Shown: positions 19,143 through 32,754 of the stretch, in pieces | Layout of the letters: every line of letters starts with the position of its first letter | Numbering within the stretch: position 1 is the stretch's first letter | Assembly: GCA_965228895.1 (NCBI GenBank) | Contig: OZ245842.1 | Coordinates: 2,816,001 to 2,880,000, forward strand | Direction: 5' to 3' | DNA: 64,000 nt | Source of the DNA: Alphaproteobacteria bacterium | GTDB taxonomy: Bacteria; Pseudomonadota; Alphaproteobacteria; SP197 | The notes under the pieces: model-generated | The model's input: only the letters and a program-made list of their open reading frames with translations | Databases searched by the model: none | Told to the model about the DNA's origin: nothing | Translations under genes and position numbers: made by a program

Positions 19143-20534
19143 ATGATGACAGGCATCCGTGAACCCCAGCTTGCCGGCACCTGGTATCCAGGCGACGCCC
19201 AGGCTTTGGGTATGGCGGTTGACGACTATATCGCCAGCGCCGAGACGATGGCGCCGCAACGGCTTGATCGTCTGAAGGCGGTGATCGCGCCGCACGCGGG
19301 TTACCGCTATTCGGGCCCGGTCGCCGGCAGCGCCTATGCCCAGGTCGCAGCCATCGGCGAGCGCATCAACCGCGTCGTCCTGTTCGGACCGTCGCACCAT
19401 GTCGGCTTTCGTGGTCTGGCGGTCAGCGGCGCCGACGCTTTCCGTACGCCACTGGGCACCGTGCCGATCGATCGCGATGCCGTGCGCCATCTGATGAACC
19501 TGCCCTTCGTCCAGCACATGGAAGCCGCCCACGCGCGCGAGCATAGCCTGGAGATCCACCTGCCCTTCCTGCAACGGGCAATCGGCGACTTCTCGCTGGT
19601 GCCTGTCGTCACCGGGGATGCATCGCCCGGCCAAGTCGCCGAGGCGCTGGCGCATCTTTGGGGCGGGCCGGAGACGCTTGTCGTGATCAGCACCGACCTC
19701 ACCCACTTTCTGGACTACGACACCGCGCGCCGCGTCGATGCTGCGACGTCGCTGTCGATTGTCGGCTGCCAGCCTGACGCCATCGGCGACGATCACGCGT
19801 GCGGCCGGGTCGGCTTGAAAGGACTTCTGGAGATCGGCCACCGCCACACCATCGATGTCGATCTCCTGGATCTCAGGAGCTCCGGCGACACCAGCGGCCG
19901 GCGCGATCAGGTGGTCGGCTATGGTTCGTGGGCCGCGATGGATGTGGGCGACCCGGTCACCGATCTTGAGATCATCGCGCTTGGCCACGGCCGCCTGATC
20001 CGGCGGCTTGCAGCGGATGCCATTCGCCATGGCCTGATCACCGGACACGAGCCCGAAGGACTGTGGGACGACGCGCCGCCGGCATTGGCGCGCGACGTCG
20101 CCAGTTTCGTCACGCTGCGCAAAGCCGGTGAGTTACGCGGCTGTATCGGATCGGCCGAGGCGCACCGCCCGCTCGCACAAGACGTCGCCGTGAATGCCTT
20201 TAAATCGGCGTTCCACGACCCACGGTTCCGCCCGCTCGACGAGCGTGAGTTCGACCAACTGGACATCGACATCGCGCTGTTGAGCGAGCCCCAGATCCTG
20301 ACCGTGACCGATGAGGCGGACCTGATCGAGCGGCTCAGGCCCGGCATCGACGGACTGATCCTGGACGACGGGCAGCGCCGCGCCCTTTTTCTGCCGGCCG
20401 TTTGGCAAAACCTTACCGAACCAAGGGACTTTGTGCGCCACCTCAAAGAGAAGGCCGGCTGGAGCGCCAGCGACTGGTCGCCCTCGATAACCGCGCACGC
20501 GTTTCGGGCCGTAAAAATCACCGGAGCCGACTAG
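19143..20534 (+). CDS. amrB: Fused AmmeMemoRadiSam protein B (Memo) and protein A (AMMECR1)
   Basis: PHAGYRYSG, GPSHH, EHSLE, STDLTH, ACG then FVTL...LRGCIG, DPRF. Confidence 0.92.
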   Translation: MMTGIREPQLAGTWYPGDAQALGMAVDDYIASAETMAPQRLDRLKAVIAPHAGYRYSGPVAGSAYAQVAAIGERINRVVLFGPSHHVGFRGLAVSGADAFRTPLGTVPIDRDAVRHLMNLPFVQHMEAAHAREHSLEIHLPFLQRAIGDFSLVPVVTGDASPGQVAEALAHLWGGPETLVVISTDLTHFLDYDTARRVDAATSLSIVGCQPDAIGDDHACGRVGLKGLLEIGHRHTIDVDLLDLRSSGDTSGRRDQVVGYGSWAAMDVGDPVTDLEIIALGHGRLIRRLAADAIRHGLITGHEPEGLWDDAPPALARDVASFVTLRKAGELRGCIGSAEAHRPLAQDVAVNAFKSAFHDPRFRPLDEREFDQLDIDIALLSEPQILTVTDEADLIERLRPGIDGLILDDGQRRALFLPAVWQNLTEPRDFVRHLKEKAGWSASDWSPSITAHAFRAVKITGAD

Positions 20535-20543
20535 CCACCCGCC

Positions 20544-21407
20544 ATGTTTCGTGATCGACTACACCAGGAGCTGCGAGAACACCGGGGGGACATCTTGCCG
20601 AACTCCGAAATCAGGGTCACGTTCTGGGGCGTGCGTGGCGGACTGCCGGCGCCCGGCGCGATGACCCAAGGATACGGCGGCAACTCGCCGTGCATCGAGA
20701 TGCGGTGCAACGGGCGTCTGCTCATCTTCGACGCCGGCACCGGCATTCGCGCGCTCGGCAAGGATCTGATGGCGCGCTCCCCGGTGGCTGGCGATCTCTT
20801 CTTCAGCACCACGCGCTTCAATCATATCTGCGGCCTGCCGTTCTTCGCCGCCGCCTTCAATCCGGCCAACAGCTTCAGACTGTGGTGTGGCAATGCCCAG
20901 CCGGAGACCTGCATCAAGGATGTCCTGAGCGGCCTGATGAACGATCCGATCTTTCCGGTCCCGCTGGATATCTTTAACGCCGAACTAAGCTTCCGCGATT
21001 TCAGCGACGGCATTGATCTGGATATCGGCGACGGTGTCACGATTGCGACCAACAAGCTCAACGGTTGTCCGCCAGGCACCGCATACCGGGTGAGCTATGG
21101 CGGACGTTCGGTTTGCTACCTGGCTGGCGCGTGTCTGGATGACCAGGCGACGGTCAAGACGATCGTCTCGTTCGCCGGCGACGCCGACATGATCATCTTC
21201 GGCCCACCCTTGATCGACGGCCAGTCCAAGGAATGCGCCTGGACCGCCGCGACACGCCTGGCGAGCGACGCCCATGTCGACAAGCTGGTTCTCTCCGGCC
21301 ACGCCCCCGAAGACGACGACCATGTGTTGACCCAACGCGAGGCGCAGCTGGCGCACGATCACCCGGGCACCGTGCTTGCCCGCGAAGGCCAGGAAGTCGC
21401 CATCTAA
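20544..21407 (+). CDS. MBL-fold protein with degenerate metal-binding motifs
   Basis: FWGVRG..P.P..YGGNSPC, DAGTGIR, GLPFF, AREG present; HxHxDH is TTRFNH. Confidence 0.8.
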   Translation: MFRDRLHQELREHRGDILPNSEIRVTFWGVRGGLPAPGAMTQGYGGNSPCIEMRCNGRLLIFDAGTGIRALGKDLMARSPVAGDLFFSTTRFNHICGLPFFAAAFNPANSFRLWCGNAQPETCIKDVLSGLMNDPIFPVPLDIFNAELSFRDFSDGIDLDIGDGVTIATNKLNGCPPGTAYRVSYGGRSVCYLAGACLDDQATVKTIVSFAGDADMIIFGPPLIDGQSKECAWTAATRLASDAHVDKLVLSGHAPEDDDHVLTQREAQLAHDHPGTVLAREGQEVAI

Positions 21408-21420
21408 GCAGACAGTCGCC

Positions 21421-23184
21421 TCAGGCGCGCAGGGCGTCTTCCACCGTTAATCCCTGGGTCGCCACGCCGTCGATATGACGGGCGTGCCACAACGCATAGA
21501 AAAGCAATGTCCACGCGGCGAAGCCGGCGCGCTTTTTGCCCGCCTGTTCGAACAACCTGACGACCCGGTCCGGCTGGGCAATCGCCTCGATGGCCGGTTG
21601 GGCGGCGACCAGCGGCCCGATCCCGCCACCACGTCGGGCAATCCAGTCACCGACAGGCACGGTGAAACCGCGTTTGGCGGAAAACGCATTGGCGGCGGGT
21701 AGCTCGCGGTCAAGCCAAGAACGCAGCAGCCACTTGCCTTGGCGTTTACGGATCTTCATGGCGTCCGGAAGACGCCACGCGACATCGGCGACATGGTTGT
21801 CGAGCAACGGCACCCGTCCCTCGACGCCATGGGCCATCAAGCAGCGGTCAAGCTTGGTCAGGAGGTCGTTGGGCAACCAGTCCGCCATGTCGACGGCCTG
21901 CGCCACCTGCAAGGCGCTGCGGCCCGGTTTCTTGAAGGCCTCGGCGGCCACGTCCAACCCCATACGCCAGGCGGCATGACCATCCAGCAGCACCTCGAGC
22001 CCATCGAACGTGCCCTTGCGGCGCAACCGGCCACCGCCCAACAGCCGGGGACGCAGCATGCGGCGGTAGCGGCCGTATCCGGCAAAGAGTTCGTCGCCGC
22101 CCTCGCCTGACAGCACCACCTTGACGTCGGCCGCCGCCCGGCCAGCCAGCTTATAGGTCGGCAGTGTTGCGTAGTCGGCGGCGGGATCGTCCATCGCCGC
22201 CGCGACGTCCGGCAACAAGGCCCAAAAGTCGTCTTCGCCGAAACTGACTTCGACATGGTCGGCGCCGGCCGCGGCAGCCACCTCGGCCGCATGACGTCGC
22301 TCGTCACGCGCATGGGGGATATCGAAGCCGATCGTATAGGCGCGCACCGGGCGGTTATTGAGCCGCGCCATCGCCGCCAGCACGGTCGAACTGTCGACAC
22401 CGCCGGAAAGAAACATGCCGTAGGGCACGTCGGAACGTTCATGCACCCTGACACTATCGAGCAGCGCGGCGTCGAGACGCTCCATGGCGTCTTTCTCATC
22501 CCAGTTCGCGCTATCCAGTTCGGGCAGTGCCGAACGGCGCAAGCGTTCGACGATGCGGCCCTGTTCGACGACGACTGTCTCGCCGGGCAGAACCCGTTCG
22601 ACATGTTGAAAAATCGTGCGCCGGCCGGTCGTGAACTGCATCTGCAGGAGTTCGCCAAGTGCCGTATCGTTAACCGCGGGCTCAACCAGACCAGCAGCAA
22701 CGAGCGCCTGCGCTTCCGACGCGAAGGCCAGTCCCATCGTGGTCTCGGCGATGTAGAGCGGTTTGATACCGAAGGGGTCGCGCGCCAGATAGAGCCGTTC
22801 CTGCGCCCGGTCCCAAAGCGCGATGGCGTACATGCCGCGCAGGCCCTGGGTGAAGTTGGCGCCATCGCGCTCGAAGAGGTGCAAGGGCACCTCGCAGTCC
22901 GACTGGGTCGCGAACCTGACCTCCGACAGGACGCGCCGCCATTCCACGTGATTGTAGATCTCCGCATTGGCGATCAACGTCGCGCCGCTCGGCCCCGTCA
23001 TCGGCTGATCGCCCGTGACGAGATCGATGATGGCGAGGCGCCGGTGCACCATGGCGAGCGGCCCGTTACGGAACCGTCCTTCCCCATCGGGACCGCGATG
23101 GGCCAGCGCGCGCGATAACGCGTCCAGTGTCGCCTCGGGCACCTCTTCGCCCGGGCGGGCGAGCACACCGGCCAAGCCACACAT
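21421..23184 (-). CDS. asnB: Asparagine synthase (glutamine-hydrolysing) family amidotransferase
   Basis: MCG start at 23184, HRGPD, RDPFGIKPLY, LSGGVDS, SGEGGDELFAGY. Confidence 0.92.
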   Translation of the reverse strand: MCGLAGVLARPGEEVPEATLDALSRALAHRGPDGEGRFRNGPLAMVHRRLAIIDLVTGDQPMTGPSGATLIANAEIYNHVEWRRVLSEVRFATQSDCEVPLHLFERDGANFTQGLRGMYAIALWDRAQERLYLARDPFGIKPLYIAETTMGLAFASEAQALVAAGLVEPAVNDTALGELLQMQFTTGRRTIFQHVERVLPGETVVVEQGRIVERLRRSALPELDSANWDEKDAMERLDAALLDSVRVHERSDVPYGMFLSGGVDSSTVLAAMARLNNRPVRAYTIGFDIPHARDERRHAAEVAAAAGADHVEVSFGEDDFWALLPDVAAAMDDPAADYATLPTYKLAGRAAADVKVVLSGEGGDELFAGYGRYRRMLRPRLLGGGRLRRKGTFDGLEVLLDGHAAWRMGLDVAAEAFKKPGRSALQVAQAVDMADWLPNDLLTKLDRCLMAHGVEGRVPLLDNHVADVAWRLPDAMKIRKRQGKWLLRSWLDRELPAANAFSAKRGFTVPVGDWIARRGGGIGPLVAAQPAIEAIAQPDRVVRLFEQAGKKRAGFAAWTLLFYALWHARHIDGVATQGLTVEDALRA

Positions 23185-24206
23185 CAGGTGGTCACCGAGT
23201 CGAGCAGTTGGATGTAATCGCGCACGACGACATCGCGGGCAAAGGCCTCCCGGTAGGCGATGTAACCGGCTTCGACAAGATCGGCGGCCAGTGTCTGATC
23301 GGCCAAGCACGAGTTGATCGCCGCCGCGAGCAGCCGCGCCTCGTCGACGGGAACCAGAAGACCGCTCTTGCGGTCCTCGATCAGTTCCGATGGTCCCTGG
23401 CTTGCCGCAGCAACGACCGGCCGGCGATGGGCCCAGCCCTCCAACACGACATTGCCGAGAGGTTCGTGGCGTGACGGACAGACCAGGACATCGGCCGCGG
23501 CCAACAACGCGGCGCCGTCGTCGCGCCAGCCAAGGAATCTGACACGGCCCTCAAGGCCCAGGCTGTTGACGTGATCCTCCAGACGGGTCTGGAGCGGGCC
23601 GGTGCCGGCGAGCCACAGCATGGTATCGGGCACCTCGGTCATGGCCTCGATCAGCATGTCGAACGCCTTGTTCGGATGCAGCCTGCCCATGGCGAGAACG
23701 ACCTTCATGTCCTCCGGCGTGCGTAACGATTCCTTGTCGACCGGTGGACGTTCCTCCGCATCGACAAAGTTGGGCAGGTAATGCGTGCGCTCAGCGGGCC
23801 AGCCCTGGCCAATCAGGTAGTCACAGATGCCGCGCGTGTTGCCGATCAGGTGATCACAGCGCCGGTAGTACTTGAGATCGTAGAAGCCGCCAAGCCGCGC
23901 CAGATGCACAAACGGACCGCGCGGGCATTGCGCCGTCGCGCGGTTCATCCAGGTCAGCACGGCGTCCGGTGCAAAGTCTCTGACCGCGCGGCCATAAGCC
24001 AAACGCGACGCCAGGTCGAACGGTCCGCCGAAACGCAGGCCGACGGTTTCGACACCGGCGAGGTTGAGGGCTTCCTGCCGCACATCGTGGCGGCGGATGA
24101 TCGCCCGCTGCTCGACGCCGGCGTCCGCCAGGGCAGGCACCAACCGCATGAAGAAGGCTTCGGCGCCGCCGACCTCCGCGCCCGCCATGGCTTGGACGAG
24201 ACGCAT
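23184..24206 (-). CDS. Glycosyltransferase family 4
   Basis: GGAE, GRLHPNKAF, PSRHEPLGNVVLE; TGATG overlaps at both ends. Confidence 0.9.
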   Translation of the reverse strand: MRLVQAMAGAEVGGAEAFFMRLVPALADAGVEQRAIIRRHDVRQEALNLAGVETVGLRFGGPFDLASRLAYGRAVRDFAPDAVLTWMNRATAQCPRGPFVHLARLGGFYDLKYYRRCDHLIGNTRGICDYLIGQGWPAERTHYLPNFVDAEERPPVDKESLRTPEDMKVVLAMGRLHPNKAFDMLIEAMTEVPDTMLWLAGTGPLQTRLEDHVNSLGLEGRVRFLGWRDDGAALLAAADVLVCPSRHEPLGNVVLEGWAHRRPVVAAASQGPSELIEDRKSGLLVPVDEARLLAAAINSCLADQTLAADLVEAGYIAYREAFARDVVVRDYIQLLDSVTT

Positions 24207-24961
24207 CAGTCGCGCTCCAGCCGCGCCTTCAAATGCGAGATCAGCGGATAGAGACCGGCAAACAAGGCGTTCAGGAACCCGTATCCGCCTTCCCGGTAAC
24301 CCCGGCGCATGACGTAGCACTTGAAGAAGCGGGAGTAGAAACGGCGGATGTTGCCGGCGAGCGTGCCGATATCGCCGCTTTCTCTGAGGTCCCGTGCGCG
24401 CGCCTCCGTGTAACGGTCCAGGCGCTGGATCATGTCGGAGATGTTACGGTCGACATAGTGATCAATGCGCTCTTTGAGCCAGCGCTTCTCGCCCTCTAGA
24501 GCAAGCGAGGGATGGACACGGTCATCGCCCCAGCGTTTGGCGCCCGGCGAAAACAGACGCACCGCCGCGCTGACGCCCCATGATCCGCCCCAACCGTAAC
24601 GCACACGGTGTTCGCCGATGTAGTTGTCGAACGGCACGAGGTAGTGGGCAGGCGCGGTGGCGGTTTGGATGACCGACGTGATCTCCTGGGCGAGCGCCGG
24701 CGTCACGCGCTCATCGGCGTCGACTTCCACGATCCAATCGCCGGTCGCGGCATCCAGGCCGGTATTGCGGCGCGGGCCTTCGATCTCCCACGCGCCTTCG
24801 ATCACCTGGTCGGTATGGCGCCGCGCAATCTCTGCCGAACCGTCGGTGCTGCGGTCGAGCACGACGACGATCTCGTCGCAGAAGCCGAGACAGGCAAGGC
24901 ACGCGTCGAGCTGGGCCTCCTCGTTGCGTGCCACGACAACGGCGCTCAGGCGAACGCTCAC
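24206..24961 (-). CDS. Glycosyltransferase family 2 (LPS core type)
   Basis: ARNEE, STDGS, VDADE, VH, GY.EG..GF; GTG start inferred. Confidence 0.88.
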   Translation of the reverse strand: MSVRLSAVVVARNEEAQLDACLACLGFCDEIVVVLDRSTDGSAEIARRHTDQVIEGAWEIEGPRRNTGLDAATGDWIVEVDADERVTPALAQEITSVIQTATAPAHYLVPFDNYIGEHRVRYGWGGSWGVSAAVRLFSPGAKRWGDDRVHPSLALEGEKRWLKERIDHYVDRNISDMIQRLDRYTEARARDLRESGDIGTLAGNIRRFYSRFFKCYVMRRGYREGGYGFLNALFAGLYPLISHLKARLERD

Positions 24962-24992
24962 CGGCTGTCCGCTGGTGTCGCTGGCCGGCGCA

Positions 24993-26018
24993 TCACGCCG
25001 CCATCGCCTCGATCTCGGCGGCGGCATCGTCCCACGTGCGGCCGCGCTGCATCTGGAATGCGTCCTTGCTGCGCCCGCGGTAGACGATGTCTTCCTTCAG
25101 ACACAGCACCGCGCAGTTGACGAAGGCCTCGTCGTCGGGTGTCAGGAAACCGCTGCGCCCGTCGGTGATACGTTCCTGGGCAGCACCCAACCGGCGTGCG
25201 ACGGCCGGCAGGCCGGTCGCCTGGGATTCGGCAAGCGTCGAGGCATAGACCTCGCGTTCGGTGCCCGGGTAGAGATGCACGCGGGCGCGGCGGTAGACCT
25301 CGGCCATGTCGTGGTCGGCGAGCGGACGCTTCACCTTGACTCCCTGCCCTGCCGCCGCGAGCGCCTGATCCAGAAGCGGGCGCAGCTCCGCGTCCATCGT
25401 CCGCTCCTGGCTGCCGGCGTAAAGCGAGCCGGAATAGATGTGCAGCTCCGATCCCTTGATCAGCGGTTCGATCTTCTCGGTCCATCGATCGATCAGCCAG
25501 TCGAGGTCCATGCGTGGGTGGGTCGTGACAATCGCGCGCGACGGCCAATAGCCGGCCGGCGCTTCGGATTTGAGATAGGCCGGCGCGACGCCCGGCAGAA
25601 CCACCTTGGCGCGCTCGTCCGGCCCATCCCAGGTGGCGCGATGGTTCGCTCCCATGAAGATCAGCGGCGTCGCCGGGTGACGCTCCATAGCAGCCGCCGC
25701 GTCGGCGCGTTTCAGGATGCTGGCGGGCGTCACCAGCCACAGCATGCGATGGCGCGCGGCGACCGCGTCCAGGAGTTCGGCATGACGCAGCGCGATCAGC
25801 AGATCGGCGGTTTCGGGCAGACCGTCATCGATCGGCCGCCAGGCGACATCGGCGCAGGTCACCGCCTGCTCACACCGGTTATAGACGGTGACCGCGTGGC
25901 CGCGGCGCGCCAGCGCTTCGGCCAGATAGACCAGACCTTTTTCGGGTCCGCCCAACGGGTCGTTGCGCGGGGTATAGCCGTCAAAGGCGAAGGAATCGTC
26001 AACGAGAACCACATCCAT
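24993..26018 (-). CDS. GT-B fold glycosyltransferase
   Basis: PLGGPE, LARRGH.V.V, LYP...E......ESQA.GLP. Confidence 0.8.
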   Translation of the reverse strand: MDVVLVDDSFAFDGYTPRNDPLGGPEKGLVYLAEALARRGHAVTVYNRCEQAVTCADVAWRPIDDGLPETADLLIALRHAELLDAVAARHRMLWLVTPASILKRADAAAAMERHPATPLIFMGANHRATWDGPDERAKVVLPGVAPAYLKSEAPAGYWPSRAIVTTHPRMDLDWLIDRWTEKIEPLIKGSELHIYSGSLYAGSQERTMDAELRPLLDQALAAAGQGVKVKRPLADHDMAEVYRRARVHLYPGTEREVYASTLAESQATGLPAVARRLGAAQERITDGRSGFLTPDDEAFVNCAVLCLKEDIVYRGRSKDAFQMQRGRTWDDAAAEIEAMAA

Positions 26019-26128
26019 GGCGCGGTTTATAGGGTTTGCGGGCGCGCAAGTCCAAGGCCGACAAATCCTGGACTTGCCACGGGCGCCCGCTCCGCCCACC
26101 TTAGGGGACAGTAAGGAAAAGGACGGCG

Positions 26129-27018
26129 ATGACCGCTATCAAGACAATCGCGCTGCCGGGACGCGGCGTCCTGGGCGTCACAGGCCCCGAAGCCACGGCC
26201 TTTCTGCAGGGTCTGATCACCAACGATATCGAGCTGGTCAACCCGGCGCGCGCCATCTATGCGGCGCTGTTGACGCCCCAGGGCAAGTTCCTGTTCGACT
26301 TCCTGATCGCCGATGACGGCGACGGCGGCTACCTGCTGGAGACCGACCGCGAACGCCTCGCCGATCTTGCCAAGCGGCTGACGTTTTACAAGCTGCGCAG
26401 CCAGGTCGACATTACCGACAGGTGCGACGACCTCACCGTCTCAGCCCTGATTGGCGACGGCGCGGCCGCCCGCGCCAAGCTGAACGCCGCCGCCGGCAAT
26501 GCCTGGCGCTGCGGCACCACGATGATCTATGTCGACCCGCGCCTGGCGATGCTGGGCGTGCGCATGATTCACCCGGCGAACGAGGAGCCCGCCATTGCCG
26601 GCGACGCCGCCGGCACCGTCGAGGACTACGAGGCGCTCCGCTTGGAGCTTGGTGTGCCGGAAGCCGGGCGCGATGTGCTGGTCGACAAGTCGTTCATTCT
26701 GGAAAGCAACTTCGAGGAATTGAACGCGGTCGATTTCGACAAAGGTTGTTACGTCGGCCAGGAGTTGACCGCGCGCACGAAACACCGGGGCAAGATCCGC
26801 AAGCGACTGTTCCGCATCGACGTCGATGGCGACCTGCCGCCCGCCGGCACGCCGATCATGGCCGGCGAAGCGGAGATCGGCGAGGTACGGTCGGGCAATG
26901 GCCGCACCGGCATCGCGCTCATCCGCACCGACCGTCTGGACGAAGCACGCGACAAGGGCAACGCCCTGGTCGCCGCCGGCGTCCCGCTCAAACCGGTCAA
27001 ACCAGATTGGGTAAGTTT

Positions 27019-27022
<4 letters not shown>
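26129..27022 (+). CDS. ygfZ: Folate-binding protein YgfZ
   Basis: FLQGLITND, LTPQGK, KGCYVGQE. Confidence 0.95.
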
Positions 27023-29670
<2,648 letters not shown>

Positions 29671-29674
29671 GCCG

Positions 29675-31771
29675 TTAACCTTCGATCCTGGAGAAGTCGG
29701 CCACACGGTCGAGCGCATGGCGAATACCTGATAGCAGACGCAGGCGGTTTTGACGCAAGCCAGCGTCGTCGCAATTGACAGTCACCTCATCAAAAAACGC
29801 ATCGACCGGTGCGCGAAGACCGGAAAGCGCCGCCATGGCATCGGCGAAACGTTCTTCGTTCAGGGCCTCATCAGCCTGACTTGCGGCCTCCGCGAGCCCG
29901 GCGACAACGGCCTTTTCTTCGTCCTCTTCAAGCGCGCTCGTGTCGACGTTGCCATCATAGACGACGCCGTCCTTCTTTTCCTCGATCTTCACGATGTTGC
30001 CGGCACGCCGATAGGCGGTCAGCAGGTTGGCGCCGTCCTCGCTCGCCAGGAACGCGCCCAACGCTTCGACCTTGGCGAGCAGGCGCACCAGATCGTCTTC
30101 ACCGCTTTGTGCAAACACCGCATCAATGAGGTCGTGACGCACGCCCTCGCCGCGCAGATGCACCTTCAACCGGTCGGCGATGAAGGCGAGTAGCTCGACG
30201 TTCTGCGTTATGACACCTTTGTCACGTCCCGGCCAACTGACCATCCCGCGCCCGTCGGGTTTGTACAGTTCGACCGCCAATTCAAAAGCGTCCATCAATC
30301 CAACTCGTAGTCCGTTTTCCACGACAAGTCGGATTAGACCAAGCGCAGCGCGCCGCAGGGCGAAGGGATCTTTCGAACCAGTTGGTTTCTCTTGGATCAA
30401 GAAAAACCCTACCAGCGTATCGATCTTATCCGCCAATGCGACGGCCACGCTTTCCGGTGCGCTGGGGCAAACATCGCCCGGCCCTTGAGGCGCATAGTGT
30501 TCGGCGATGGCCAAGGCGACGGCGTCATCCTCGCCGTCATGGCGGGCGTAGTAGGACCCCATCAGGCCTTGAAGATCGGGGAACTCGCCGACCATCTCGG
30601 TGGTCAGGTCGGCTTTGGCGAGGTTTGCGGCGCGGGCGGCCTTCTCGGCATCGCAATCCGGAATCGCCTCGGCCAGCCGTCGCGCGAGCTTGATGAGGCG
30701 CGTTGTCTTGTTCGCGACCGTACCAAGCTTGGCGTGAAACACCACGGCACCCAGATCGTCGACGCGATCTGCAAGCTCCCGCTTGCGGTCCTGATCCCAG
30801 AAATGACGGGCGTCTGCGAGGCGCGCGTTCAGCACCCGCTCGTTGCCGCCGGTGACCGTCTTGCCGTCGTCGAGGCCCGGCGCGTTGGCGGCAAAGATGA
30901 AACGCGGCGCGAGCTTTCCCTGCCTGTCGCGCACCGGCAGATAGCGTTGGTGGGAGGTCATGGAGCTGACCAGGACTTCCGGCGGCACTTCCATGAAGGC
31001 ATCGTCGAAGGAGCCCATCAGCACGACCGGCCACTCGACCAGGCCGGCGATCTCGTCGAATAGGCCCTTCGGCGCGTCGACGGCAAGGCCGGCCTCTGTC
31101 GCCAGACGCGCCGCGCCCTCTTCGACCAACGCGCGCCGCTCGCCGCCTTCGAGCACGACCTTGGCCTCGCGCAGTTTCGTCTCATAGTCGGCGAACCCCG
31201 ATACCGAAAACGCGCCGGGCGCCAGGAACCGATGCCCCTCGGTCTCGTCGCCCGATGTCACGGGACCGAAGGCGAACGGCACGACGGCGCCGTCGAACAG
31301 GGCGGTGATGCGGTGCATGGGCCGGACCCAGCGTTCGTCATGATCGCCCCAGCGCATGGATTTCGGCCACGGCAGCGCGGCCATGGTGGCGGGCAGGATC
31401 TCGGCCAGCACCTCGCCGGTCGCCCGGCCCTGACGTTCGACCACGGCGAACCAGCAGGGACCCTTGTCAGTATCGCGTTCGACGAGGTCGCCGGCGGCAA
31501 TCCCGGCGGAGCGCGCAAACCCTTCGACCGCCTTGTCCGGTGCGCCGACCTTCGGGCCCTTACGCTCTTCCTTCAGGTCTGGCTGGCTCGCTGCCAGACC
31601 GTCGATCACGAGGGTCAGCCGGCGTGGCGTGGCGAAATGGCGCGCGGGCTCGTGCTCAAGCCGCGCCTCGCCAAGCGCCTTGGTAACAAGGTCCGCAAGA
31701 TCGCCCGCGGCGCGTTCCTGCATGCGCGCGGGGATCTCCTCGGAGAAGATTTCAAACAGAAGCTCAGCCAT
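29675..31771 (-). CDS. glyS: Glycine--tRNA ligase beta subunit
   Basis: [41 protein letters not shown]. Confidence 0.97.
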   Translation of the reverse strand: MAELLFEIFSEEIPARMQERAAGDLADLVTKALGEARLEHEPARHFATPRRLTLVIDGLAASQPDLKEERKGPKVGAPDKAVEGFARSAGIAAGDLVERDTDKGPCWFAVVERQGRATGEVLAEILPATMAALPWPKSMRWGDHDERWVRPMHRITALFDGAVVPFAFGPVTSGDETEGHRFLAPGAFSVSGFADYETKLREAKVVLEGGERRALVEEGAARLATEAGLAVDAPKGLFDEIAGLVEWPVVLMGSFDDAFMEVPPEVLVSSMTSHQRYLPVRDRQGKLAPRFIFAANAPGLDDGKTVTGGNERVLNARLADARHFWDQDRKRELADRVDDLGAVVFHAKLGTVANKTTRLIKLARRLAEAIPDCDAEKAARAANLAKADLTTEMVGEFPDLQGLMGSYYARHDGEDDAVALAIAEHYAPQGPGDVCPSAPESVAVALADKIDTLVGFFLIQEKPTGSKDPFALRRAALGLIRLVVENGLRVGLMDAFELAVELYKPDGRGMVSWPGRDKGVITQNVELLAFIADRLKVHLRGEGVRHDLIDAVFAQSGEDDLVRLLAKVEALGAFLASEDGANLLTAYRRAGNIVKIEEKKDGVVYDGNVDTSALEEDEEKAVVAGLAEAASQADEALNEERFADAMAALSGLRAPVDAFFDEVTVNCDDAGLRQNRLRLLSGIRHALDRVADFSRIEG

Positions 31772-32657
31772 CGGCGGCCTCGTCGAGATGGCCGCGGCTG
31801 GTCAACCACTCGGTGGCGCAGGCGCGGCTCAGCGCCCGCACCCGGCCGATATAGGCAGCGCGCTCGGTGACCGAGATGACGCCGCGCGCATCCAACAGAT
31901 TGAAGGTGTGGCTGGCCTTGATGCACTGGTCATAAGCAGGCAGCGGCAGATGCGCTTCGACCAGCGCGTGACACGCCTTTTCCGCGTCCTCGAAATGGCG
32001 CGTCAGCGTCTCGGTATCCGCGTATTCAAAGTTGAAGGCGGAGTATTCCTTTTCAGCCTGCAGGTAGACGTCGCCATAGCTGACGCCGGCGCCGTTCCAG
32101 TCGAGATCGTAGACGTTGTCGACGCCCTGCAGATACATGGCGAGCCGCTCGAGGCCATAGGTCGCTTCACCCGGCACCGGTCGGCAGTCATAGCCGCCGA
32201 CCTGCTGGAAATAGGTGAACTGGGTGACCTCCATGCCGTCGCACCAGACTTCCCAGCCGAGCCCCCACGCGCCCAGCGTCGGACTTTCCCAGTCGTCCTC
32301 GACAAAGCGGATATCGTGCGCCAGGGGATCGATGCCGATGGCCTTCAGGCTCTCCAGGTAGATGTCCTGGAAGTTGTCGGGCGACGGCTTCATCAGCACC
32401 TGGAACTGGTAATAGTGCTGGAGGCGGTTGGGGTTCTCGCCATAGCGACCGTCGGTCGGCCGTCTGGACGGCTGGACATAGGCGACGTTCCAGGGCTCCG
32501 GCCCCAGGCTGCGCAAGGTCGTCGCCCAGTGGAAGGTGCCGGCGCCAACCTCCATGTCATAGGGCTGCAGGATGACGCAGCCCTGCCCGGCCCAGAACTC
32601 CTGAAGCCTTAGAATGAGCTGTTGAAACGGGAGGGCGGACCCGTTGGGCGCGGTCAT
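31764..32657 (-). CDS. glyQ: Glycine--tRNA ligase alpha subunit
   Basis: [33 protein letters not shown]. Confidence 0.98.
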   Translation of the reverse strand: MTAPNGSALPFQQLILRLQEFWAGQGCVILQPYDMEVGAGTFHWATTLRSLGPEPWNVAYVQPSRRPTDGRYGENPNRLQHYYQFQVLMKPSPDNFQDIYLESLKAIGIDPLAHDIRFVEDDWESPTLGAWGLGWEVWCDGMEVTQFTYFQQVGGYDCRPVPGEATYGLERLAMYLQGVDNVYDLDWNGAGVSYGDVYLQAEKEYSAFNFEYADTETLTRHFEDAEKACHALVEAHLPLPAYDQCIKASHTFNLLDARGVISVTERAAYIGRVRALSRACATEWLTSRGHLDEAADG

Positions 32658-32754
32658 CTCGAACCGTCTCCGTGAATGTCGTGGGGCATGGCCGCGTGCG
32701 GTTCGCCCAACCGGCTGAAATCGCGGCGCAACTTAGGAGTCAGGCCGGGCCGGG

